A stretch of 64,000 nucleotides of DNA from Phoronis australis. Its lineage: Eukaryota > Animalia > Phoronida. Location of the stretch: assembly GCA_002633005.1 (NCBI GenBank), contig NMRA01000468.1:124001-188000 (forward strand), in the 5' to 3' direction. Positions 33,801 to 45,800 of the stretch are shown here, one piece after another. The first letter of the stretch is position 1, and every line of letters begins with the position of its first letter. The notes below the pieces were generated by a model, which was not told where the DNA came from, ran no database searches, and saw nothing but the letters and a program-made list of their open reading frames with translations. A program made the translations under genes and the position numbers.

Positions 33801-36800
33801 CTAGTAAGGCCTCGTGAACACCCCAATGAATTAGTAAATAAAAGTGCAGTCAACACTCCTGCAACAGACAAGAACCAAAAAGTGCCAAGAGCCGTCACCT
33901 CTAAACTGGCCTCTTCCTTGGACAAGTGCTTGACGTCTTCTTTAATCTTTTTGCTTAGTGTTGCCTCCTGGTGTTGACGTGAGAATTCAATCATTTTCTT
34001 TGGTGGTGTATACTGGTCAGGCTTTAATACATGCTAACAAGACCAAAGACAGAAAGTATTACATTATACGACCGGCAATGATTTATATTCACAATTGGGC
34101 AACAAGTCGAATTTGGAACCTGGGGTTGAGGTCTACAAAATAATGCAAGAATCTCGCAAAGGAAGCTAGTGTGGTCAAGTGCTTTAATTGCTTGTAATAC
34201 ATGGCAATATCTCGTGTGAAGTCATGTGTGATCTGGCGTTTTTACTTTGTAAAAGTTAATCTACAGTTTGAAGACTGAATTCTCACACACATCAACTACA
34301 ACCAATTACTACAAATCTAGTGACTTAGTGCTGAGAAAATACATGATTCAGAACAGTGTTTTAGGAAGTCACCATAACCTGACTGGTCCAGGTTCAATTC
34401 CTGGTTTGAGGATGGCCCTCTAGCAATTTCGGGAAACAAATTTTACAACCGAATGTTAGGAGAAATGTATGGTCTTGTGTGCAAACTAAGCCTTTCACTA
34501 AAATTAAGCACCCTAACTTTAAGTCAGCCTTTATACTGGTTTTATAGTTTCATTAAAATTTGAAAAATCGACGTTCCAAAATGTTTAATCCCTAGTTTTC
34601 TAATAAAGTCACCGTTCATTTCAGTTGTTATCAATACAAAATGGCCGCCAAGTCTGTGTTCATTCTGCTTACCTTCTTGTACTGTGATGCCATCATAGCG
34701 TTCTGTCCACCATACAGACTGCCCATCTTGACCATATTGTCCACCAAGTTGACCATGGGTTTGTGCACTTCTAACTGCTTCTCCAGGTCATCCAACTCTC
34801 GTCGTAGGCCGTGCACTTGATGTCTGTGCTGAGCAGCTTTATCAGGACTGGGCCTGTAACATCAACAACCAGTCAAAGATACTTGAAATTTACCATAGAC
34901 CCTAACAGAGAGAGTAAGGCACATAGGCAGGCATAACGCACAGTAGGTGTTGATCATCTGAATGTTTACGCATCAAAGTCAGATAACTCATAAATAAGTT
35001 TTCATCAATTTGTCATATTTTAACTGCTCCTTCAAGCCTGTGATTATCTCCCCTCTACAGGTGTTCTGTTTATCTCCCCTTAACCCCACTCACTGTTGTT
35101 GCTGGTACAACTCCTCCTGTTGCCGCAGGATATCCAGCTGACCTTTGACCTTGTTGCGAGCCGTCTCGAGGGATGACTGTTTACGACGCAGCTCTATCAG
35201 CAGTAACACAAGCTCTTCGTGCTGTAAAGAGCAAATCAATACGTTTTAAATAACAGAATTTAAAAAAGGCTCGTAGATTTTGTTCAAAACCATAGCAAAA
35301 GGAAAGGAAAGAAAACCATAATCTCATTTAGGATAGGAAACATAGAAATGAACACAAGAAATATTCAGATTAAACATTTTCTCAAGATACTCACCGACTT
35401 GCCCAGTAAATCTTCAGCCGTTATACTCAAGCGATGACCATTTATATAGCGACTGTTATTGGGATCTTTGAAGTTAGCAGCAGTAGCCTTTATGTGGTTT
35501 AAAAGACAGGAGCAACATCAGAAATAGAATAATCGCACGAGTACACACATGAGAAAATTCAGCAGTAACAACAGACAGTCATGAAACAATGGTGAGCGGT
35601 AATCCACAACACGCCATCTTGGAGCTTAATACCACAAAGACAGAGACGTCAACCTATCAGCTTTCAGTCACAGAAAGAATTCAGATAAGGAGAATATAAA
35701 TATTTGGAAGGAAATGCAAAGTCTTTTTGATGATTTGAACACTTATTTTGTGCAAGTTCAGACTACATCTTATGTTCAGACAAGTCTCCTTAACAATGAG
35801 ACATCAGAAACAGAGGTTGCACTTTGCAAGAAAGGCTTTTAATGGGTGCACCTTCGGCATATCTGCACGTAGCAAATACTTTTTTCTACAGAAACCGTTC
35901 CTTTAACATGGAATAGTTGCAATGTCAACGTTTTGTGCTCATCCATTGAGAAAGGAAAGTACTTTCTCCACCAGATAGCAGTGGCGCTCACCAATGCTGT
36001 GTTGTCAGTTATCACTTAACCACAGAGAAAAGACAGACATAAACAACTCAAAGACAAGTGTCCGACGATTTATAACTTTACATTTAGTGAGATATACAAA
36101 CTTAATTTCTTTCATGATATGACTATTACCTCAGGATGTCAGTTTCAAACAACAGCGAATTGCAATAATTAACTTGCAACATGTGAGTGAATGACAATGT
36201 GTATATAACGCAAAAGCGATTCTTGGGGCAGTGCTAATTTGTTTCCAACATTTCCCAAACACGAGTCATGAATGTTAACTCTTCATGTTTTCCATGCGTT
36301 GTTACACTGTGTTCAGAATAAGCTCACAGAACAATAAATCGATCCATTCTTATTTTACCTTACTTTGAACAATCACGACTATTTTGAACATGACTGTTTT
36401 GAACATGGCTGTTTTGAACATGGCTGTTTTGAACATGACTGTTTCGAACATGACTGTTTCGAACATGACTGTTTTGAACATGACTGTTTTGAACATGACT
36501 ATTTTGAACATGACTGTTTTGAACTTTGGTGGCACTGTAACACTCAATCTAGTTTTAATAGAACGACACAGAATGGTGTCAGTTGGTACATACACAGGTT
36601 TTCTGGCTCTTAACATAAGTGTTTAATGCAACCAATTGTGTGAAGTGACTTACCCGCGACCCCGGGACCGACTGTTCACTCCATCTACTATTAAATGGGC
36701 ACATGCCATTTCAGTTTTGCTGATGTCAGATGTAAGTGATATAACATTGTCACAATACCCATCAGCATGTTACTGTTGTGTATTAGTGGTGTAAAAAAGC

Positions 36801-39800
36801 ACCACTATGACACAAGTGTGTTTCATGTGCAGTCATTTGAGATTGCAACATTAACTGAGAACCTGTGATACATACCACCACCTGTGACTCTGGCATGGAG
36901 GGGTCCTCTCTGACTGTCTGAATTGGATGGTTACTTCTGGCGCCACCTAAATTAATCAGCTCAGCAATAACTTTGTGGTTCTTACAGGAATTGGTCAATG
37001 ACTGAAAACAACTTTCATGAGAACGTCATGAGAAAGTTAACACTTCATAAGACATTTCTGTCTAACAAAGACAATTAACCACGTACTAACCATTTTATGA
37101 AGAGCAAAACTATCACAAAATCAATAATATTGAGTCAGACATGTAAAAGAACAGTGTGGAAAAGCGTGCATGGAAATGGTGCGAAGTCAAGAAAACTTGC
37201 AAAGCCATCACAATCACACACAAAACACGGCAAACTGGACAAATCAACAATCCCCCGAATGTAATAGCACAACTAACCTCCCCTTGTTAAAGTAGGCGAC
37301 GGTTCGTGTCGAATATGTCTGTCATGTAGCGACATCTGTGGAGCAGAGCATCTGCGTGTGGGTGATGTCCAGGACAACGGGCGATTAGACGATGAATATG
37401 GCATACCCTTCAGTGCTGGTGGATTGGACAGTCTACTATGGTCTTCAATGTAGAACGGGTGGTTAGGTTGAACAAATAGATGAGTAGAGTTTGATTTTTT
37501 CAGAATGCCTTTGCACTTTACTTCTTTGATTCCAAGGTTTGTGGCGATAGAAGATGAACGGGGATCAAATACAGATCTGACACCCGTGTGGTATCCTGCT
37601 TCTCCTGCTCTCCTTTCTTGGAGGTACAATTGCTGCTCAGTTCTTCCATTCTGGACAGAGGAATGGTGTGAAACTCTTTCTTTTTGGAGGTACGATTGTG
37701 TCGTGCTTTGGCCATTTTGGGAAGATTGCTCAAGGACTACCAGTGACTCATAGTCGTCTTGGAGTGGAATGTTCACATAGTCCTGACTGATATTTGTGGC
37801 AATCTGAACACCTCTGCTCGATTCCTGTGTGTTGCCAGGTAACGGTGCCCTTTTGACCTCATGTGTCACTGCTAAAGTGTTCAATAAGCTTCAAGTTATG
37901 ATTGCTCCGTATTTTATTGAACGTTTCAAATTTGAACTTTAACTTTACTTACATGGTGTAAATAAAAATTTGATCATTTTTAATCCATCTCAAAAAGTCA
38001 AAATGCCAAAAACTGTGCCTCTGCCAAATATTTTAGTCACTGAATGCATAAAAGATGATTACCAAATGAACATTTTTGTTTTCACTACAGGAACACTAGT
38101 GCTGAATCTTACTCCAACACCTTGCCTCGTGAAAGCTCATTAAAAGCAACTGCATTGCAATTGTGTATATTAACTGGAAGCCAGGAAAGTCAGGTCCTCT
38201 TAGAGCGAGTGAGGAGCAACAAGAATGAGCAGTCACACGAAACGGAGGCTCAACTTATCCCAGGGAACATCGTCGGGCAGTTACAAATCTATGCGAAACC
38301 TCTCAATTAAAGGAAAACACTCGTAAGAGGTTAGTTGTGCTACAATATCAGAGGCTACATCAAAATTGTTGGAAACTGAGTTAACATCAAAGAGGTTTCC
38401 CACGCAATGACAGAGCTGAGCTAAAGCTGCATACAGCATGATCCTTTTCATGAAACTCATTCAAACATGATCAAATGCTTTAATTACGTCATCAGCGAAA
38501 TGCTATGTCACAATTCATTTCTTTTATTGGATCGATACATGCAATTTCAAGAGCGTTGTGGCAATTTCCGACAATCAAAAGAAATGTTCTCAATTCACCT
38601 TCAGAATAAACAATCTGAGAAGTGGTAAACTGCATGTTCGCTTTATACATGTTGCCATGACAACCAGGGCAGCAGAATGAAGCTTTGGTATGTGAATGTC
38701 ACGCAGCAGAATAAAGCAGTAATTTCACTCGTGCACACGAACAGAGACACACAGACAGACACGGAAGGATGAAAGGAGCACGGCATGTACTACTAATGCT
38801 AGAGTTGTGACAAATGTCCTGAACCATCTGTCCGTAACTGAAGCCAGCCAAACAGTGGTGGTAAGACGAGCAAAGCTACAGGCGACAGCATTGGTTAAAA
38901 CCAGATGTCATGTACAACTTACCTGGCTGATGCCTGCTGTGAGGGTCTCGCCCACCCTCCTGTCTCCTGGCAACATCGCCTTTCTGATCCTAATACACAA
39001 GAGAACAATGTTTGTCGTGATAAATTGAAAAGTATTGATATGACATGCTCTCTAGTTTAGTCCTTCCCATAGAGATAAGAATGGGTTTTGTTTCAAAAAC
39101 AAACAATTATGCTCTTTTACAGGGTACGAAGACAGTACAAAAATTTATATGGGGCAACACTATAATTCAATTTTGAACAAAGCAAGATGACAGTTCAAAG
39201 AAAGCAAGTCAATCACAATTAAATAACACTCTTTTCGGGGTTGACTAGTGTAATCTCTGGAAAAGACAAGAAAATTCAACAACAATTGATTTTTTGTACG
39301 AGTTAGGCATGCGCATGTGTTATAGTGAACTCCTGAGATGTGTCAATTTCATTGTCACCTTGTGTCCAATTGGTCAATGTAATCATCATTTTGCGTCTTA
39401 TTGGTCGATGTCATCATCACATTCTGTCCGATTGGTCATGTAATCTTCTTGTGTCTGATTTATCAATGTCAACATCATCTTGTGTCTGATTTATCAATGT
39501 CAACATCACCTTGTGTCTGATTGGTCACATAATCATCTTCCTGTATCTCGATTGGTCACGTAATCATCTTCTTGTGTCTAATTGGTCGATGTCATCATCT
39601 TCTTATGTCTGATTGGTCATGTAGTTAACTTCTTGCATCTGATTGAAAATGTTATCAACTCTCCTTGTGTCTGACTGGTCGATGTCATCGTCTGCTTGTG
39701 CCTCATGGGTCAAAATAAATGTCTTCTTGTGTCTGAGTGAATTGAACACGTCGCAAACGACTCATTGTACACACGATGACATGTTTTAACACAATTAAAG

Positions 39801-42800
39801 TATCCACCATTCATCTCTTAAGTCGCAGCCAGTTATACCATGTCACATGCAGGTCACATGACCAAATTCAAATTATCTGCAGCCATTACTACTGAATCTG
39901 GAAATTTACTTTGCAAAAGTGCTTACTACTAAATTCTTCATTTTGGCACGGTTTGTATTCCACTAGTAACAAACTCCTAATGATACATGTTTGAATATTT
40001 ATAGCAAGGCAAATTATTGACGTGTGAAAGCATCAAAGAGATGACAGAGTTACTGTAGCTCTGGACCAGACATGTGACAATTCACAGCCAATAGGAGTCC
40101 TCCATCAGTCCACAAACAGGTCAACGCTGTGCACTTAGCCACCATAGTTGGCAGCTTACGCCACCTGTTGTGTAAGCAGCATATTAAAGCAAAGTTATCA
40201 CACGAAAGTGAAACAATAAAGGTAATACCAGGCGTTAAAAAAGTTAAACAGACATTAAGAAACCCAAATTCATCATGTATCCTGGTTACAAAGAGCAATT
40301 CCTAAGCGAAACCAAAAGGTTTCTGCTAGAAGCAAAGGATCGTTTGGTTAAATCAAACCAGAACTTTCAGAAGAAAATTATAGCTAGAGGTGAAAAAAAC
40401 ACATCACTATGTTAACTGAAGAATTAGCAAGTAAGACCACACCGGAGATTGAAGAAGTTAGTGATAAACTCCGAATGCCATGTTTATTTCTACAGAGGAC
40501 ACGTGATATTACCTTGATTGTTTCACTCACCTGTAAATGACTTACTTCAGGATACTGGAAGAATAACGGCTCGTTGGCTCGCGCAAGGGATCTCTGAGAC
40601 GCTTCTAGAATGTTCTGCGCCGTGTTTGGGGTCTTCTGCTTGGCAAGGTCGTGGGCTAGTCTGTCAATAAATGCGACAGGGAGAGGAGGTCTGGATGGGG
40701 GAGGAGATGACGAGTCAAAACTCTGGCTTTTGTCTCCGGGGACATTTTCATAAATAGGTTGAGCAGGTCCAGCGGCAGGCGGCTGTTGTCTGTCGCGCCA
40801 GTTTTGCAGATCCTTCATAGTGTCCTGTGGACGGGCTTCGGGTGGAGCACGCTGGGGTCCGCTAGTGTGTAAGGGCTGATGGGGGAAATGAGATTCCTGA
40901 GGTGGGTTATTCTGTGCATGTCTCGTAGGCATCTGGGGTTCTGGACGTTGACCCCGGCCATTATCTGGATGTTGACCCCGGATATTATCTGGGTATTTAG
41001 AATGAGGGTTAACGTTCGGCACTTCTGGTCGTTGACGAGCTTGACTTGAGGTAGTACTATCATAACTGCCATTATTTGGTGACTGCCCGTAGGGGGCGCT
41101 GCTGATGGGGATGGTCCGTCGTGGATTTGTTGGAGAATGGCTCGGGAACGTTTCACCTCTGTGCAGTGCATCGGGATATTCTGGGTAGTGATCGGACAAG
41201 GGTCGACCTCGATCGCTGACAGGTTTAGGGTAATGCTCTGAGAGGGGGCGACCACGGTGTGCGGCATCCCGCGGTGACCTCGGTGAGGGCTGACCATTGT
41301 AGGGGCTCGCAGGGGAAAGTGCGTTGCGGGTAGGACGGTGTGTGGAGAAGCCTGCGTCGCCATCTTTGTTGACATTTGGAGGCGACGGCATGCCATCTCC
41401 ATCAGTTCTGTTGAACTCTTTCTCCATGCTGCAAAGAAATGAAAATTTTAGATTACACTGATAACACAAAATTTCAGAATAAACAAACCCATCCAAAAAG
41501 TATTACTTCATGTATCCCTCATTGCTATAGCAACAATTTGACATAACCCAACCTGCCCTTAGAATGCCTCAGGATATACCAGTCTTCTGAACTCTGAAGA
41601 ACACAACGAAGTAGTGTCGTAATCACGGAATACTCAGTTTTATTGTTGTTACAACATCGGTGTTGATTTCACGACACGCAGCTCACAAGTTAAATCACTC
41701 TTTCCAGATAACAATTTTGATCTCATCAAGAAGTCGACCAGCATTAAAATCTCATCAATTTAGGACATAACATGGCTGTCAAGTGAAATTTTATTCTTAA
41801 AATTTTTCATAAAAGATCAGTAAAACCAAATAAATTCTGTATCATATTTAAACATCTATGTCATTGCTACCATCTGACAATGATTCTTATTTCGCATTCA
41901 CAACAGTGTTAAAGGCTTTTGAAAAATCAAAAAAGGCCATTTGGCAATTATTTTGTCTAAAGATGATGCGATTTTACAATACACGCCGATTCAAAAGTAA
42001 CGTTTATTATTACTTCCTACTTAAAGTTGTATAACATTGGATCCATGACATCACATTATATTGAGAAGAATAACTATCAGGGCTTGGAATGACCAATGAC
42101 AAAAAACGCGGAAACTTTGAAACTTTTACGGCCCAAATCATGCCCGATAACCAGCCTTGAATTGGTCAATGTGAACCTTTCCCCGACAAAAATCGGGAGG
42201 ACTAAAAAAAAAACAAAAAAAAAACGTTACCACCATCAGTACCATGCGTCTGCGTCCTATTAGCTCGCCCGTCCACTCCCAACCCAGACATTTTTGGCTG
42301 CAGAGCGGTAGTATTTGTCGCCGCGCTTAACAATAACACGAGATGCCATTGAAAATCCCACCACGCTGTCCCAGATGCCCCGGCAATGTTGACAATTTAC
42401 GTTCCTCCGAAACATAAAGAGCAACTTCCGCTTTTCAAGGTGAACGTCGTCTGCAACGCCACGGTAAGAAAGGAATTTGCCGCGGAAATTTTATATCAAA
42501 ACCGATTTTTTTACGCGGAAATATTTTGAAAAAAAGCGGAAAGCACATTTCAAAAAAGCGGAAATCCGCGTTTCCGCGGAAAATTCCAAGCCCTGAACTA
42601 TGAATATCAAAATACCCCTCTTGCCACAGTCTCCACATAAGTTACCACATACAGTACAAACCAGAAGTATTCGGACAAAATGACGCAGAATTCCCAGCCA
42701 TTACCGATGAGTGAAACCTGACCTCATTGTCAGAATAGTGTCCCCTGATGACCAAGAGTGAAGGGAATAACAGTTAGAAAGGTGGCTGAGCCATTCTGTG

Positions 42801-45800
42801 ATTAGAATTTTGGCAAAATAATTCTAGTGTTTAGTTATGACGCATGTCCCACTATTATGATGCAATTTGGACCCACATATAGGAATAAAAATGCAGTCAC
42901 ATTACATTTTCGAAAACCTTGTCGGTCTTGGATTTTTTCCCATTGATATAACCATGGGGGCAATTTAGCACTTGAAATTATGAGTTTGGATTGATTGGTG
43001 TTGTCCGTTAACGGTTGCACCCATTGTATACTCCCAGAGAGTTCAGAAGGATAGGGGTTGATCAGATACGTGGCCATTTTCAAAGTGCTTGGTAATTTTC
43101 AACGCTGCGTAAATGTGACCCAATTATTATCATTGTTTTTAATTTTAGCATTTTAATTTTATTTGACTGGGTCCACAACGTCAAAGTGACGTCATATTAA
43201 ACAAGCGAATAGTCAATACCTGTCATTTTTGCTGTAAACATAATTAGTGGTAATGACCTGGAAATGGTATTGTGTCTGGTTACTTTTGTCCTGTACCGTA
43301 TTTACCAGCAGGGTATTTTCTAAATTCAAAAATAATAAAAGTTGTGCCTCTCGAAACAACAGTACAGCATTTTACATCCAGTGCTGCAGAGGCGTAGGGG
43401 CACGTAGGCGTAGCCAACTACCTTAAAGTTTTGGCATTTGAAAATAGCGCCTACGCACTGTAAGTTACGTTCAGTGCTCAAGGTGATATGGTGGGCTTTT
43501 GGCGCCTACTTACCTCTAATTGTACCACTACAGCACTGGTTACATCATGTAGACAAATACAGATACCAACACGTATTCCCATACTAAACCCCTCACCCTG
43601 TATCTAGACCAGTTGTGGTGGACAAACTGACAAGTACTCTGGGACTACTAAATCCATACCAGAGAAGAAGAAAATCCCATGGCCTCTTCCTCTAATCCCA
43701 TTGGTCATTTTTGTTAACTCTAAGGCGGAAGATTGAATCCTGAAGACGAACATGTATGTGATCACAAGCGACTAGCCCGACTCCTAAGATTGCTCACATG
43801 GCCCTGACCAATCACCCGTCACCACAGCACCTCCGTGTACACAATTTGATCTTCAACCACTTTCTGACACAGAATATTCAGTTGGCCTCAACAGATTTAG
43901 TAGCCTTGATAGACTAATTAGGAAGGCAGCATTGAACACAGTCCTAAACCATGTAAGTTACACCAACTGACATCATTGTATAAAACATACAATAGTCAGA
44001 AGTAACACACTTTATCGATTTACATGAGATGTCGTACTCTTGCCTCTATCACCATAGCAACAAGCCAACAAGTCACAAACCCGACTGGTTTTTGTAAGAA
44101 GCCCTCAATGTTGCGCCATTCTGTTCAGATTAAAGCACATTTGCATAGCCTAGCAACAAGCTTCCAAAGACATCCTTGTAGAATGTCAATCTAGCACACT
44201 ACAACAAACCCTAAACCTTCATGCAAATCACACTTGCCATGTCAATCCTCTGAAAATTCACAAGCAAACTTTCATCAAATTAGGTCAAAGTGTGTGTGGT
44301 TTCATTAGTCACGACACAAATTTTGCGAAAGCGAACACAACACAAATTGTTAGTTCAAAATTCACACGGTGGTTTAATCAGTCAAATTATCCAAATGGTT
44401 ACCATGGGGATGCACGGCGCTCCCATTCATAGCTGAAAATGGTTTATCAGCACTGAGATTATTTATTGAATTTGAAATTAAAATGGTAAAATGTAGCCAA
44501 GTGTTTTTTTCGAAGTTAGGAGACTTGAACAAAAACATAAGACATGCAAAAATTAATACTGTACAGATAATCTTCTAATTAAACCCGATATTGATTTTTT
44601 AGCTGACATAAAGAACACATAATGACTTTGTATAACACAGGGCAACACGAACAATAAATGACTCAGGTTGGTGTATTGTACATTAGTTTTATACACGGTC
44701 TACGCTTCACTGCACACTGACATGCCAATTGAACTTGGTATAACTATGTTTACTTGAAAAAGAAATAAAACTATGCTATTCAATGCTTAATTCCCTTTGA
44801 GAATCAGACTACTGGATACTACCAAGAGTGCTTAAAGTAGGGATCTCAAAAATCATGGGTTAGGCATTAACCTTATGTAAGAACCTACAACAATGGGTGT
44901 GCTCCAACAGCAGATGTACCCATTGTGTGCTCCCAGGAAGCTGGGAAGCATTAAGATTGACTGAATCCATGGGCAGGAAAGAATTTTCGAAGTGCTTAGT
45001 AATTTACAGACCTACGTAACTTGGCAAATTTTTTTTTTAATTTTGGCATTTAAATTTTATTTGACTGGGTCCAAAACATTGAAATGACAATACTGAACAA
45101 CCGAATAAAACGGTACGCAGTGTTTAAGTAGGCAGGAACAAAAAGCATCATCCCGTTGGGTATACGTGTCACGTACATCCTAAGTAGACACTGACATGGC
45201 GGGAACAACTTATACAAGAGCAGACAACAGACAGTACGTTGTCACGGTCTACATGTAAAGTACAAGGGCCTTACTTGGGGTCCCTCTGAAGTATTGAGGC
45301 CAGGCTCATCGCGTTCATCCATTTTTTCATGTCCTCCTGACTGTCAGCAGCGAAGTAATATGTCCTCATATTGGCATGCTGCGCCTTCAAACAAACAATA
45401 ACATTTCTTTCTATGAATTGAACAGAAGAANNNNNNNNNNNNNNNNNNNNNNNNNNNNNNNNNNNNNNNNNNNNNNNNNNNNNNNNNNNNNNNNNNNNNN
45501 NNNNNNNNNNNNNNNNNNNNNNNNNNNNNNNNNNNNNNNNNNNNNNNNNNNNNNNNNNNNNNNNNNNNNNNNNNNNNNNNNNNNNNNNNNNNNNNNNNNN
45601 NNTGGTAACGCACGCGCTCTCTATGCCCCAGGTCGTGAGTTCGAGTCTTTGGTACGTTCAGTTTTTCCTGTTTGACACGTTCTCCGTGTTTTGTTTTTTT
45701 TTCCTTTTTTTCTTGGAAAATACTTCAGGAATCAAGGAAAATGCTTGATTTTTAGAGGTAAAAACAGAAAAATTTCCTGAGCGGGAGGGGGGTTTGACCT

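Noticed and set aside
34355-34440. GGTTCAATTCC B-box-like sequence as a tRNA gene
   Set aside because: No cloverleaf; at most a decayed SINE head.
36350-36626. FEHDC-repeat ORF as a metal-binding peptide
   Set aside because: Translation of a 15-bp minisatellite that is open in several frames on both strands; no gene structure.
42704-42718. CCGATGAGTGAAAC as a minimal hammerhead ribozyme core
   Set aside because: The core deviates from CUGANGA and I could not build stems I and III with a cleavage triplet. No hammerhead was found near the Penelope relic either.
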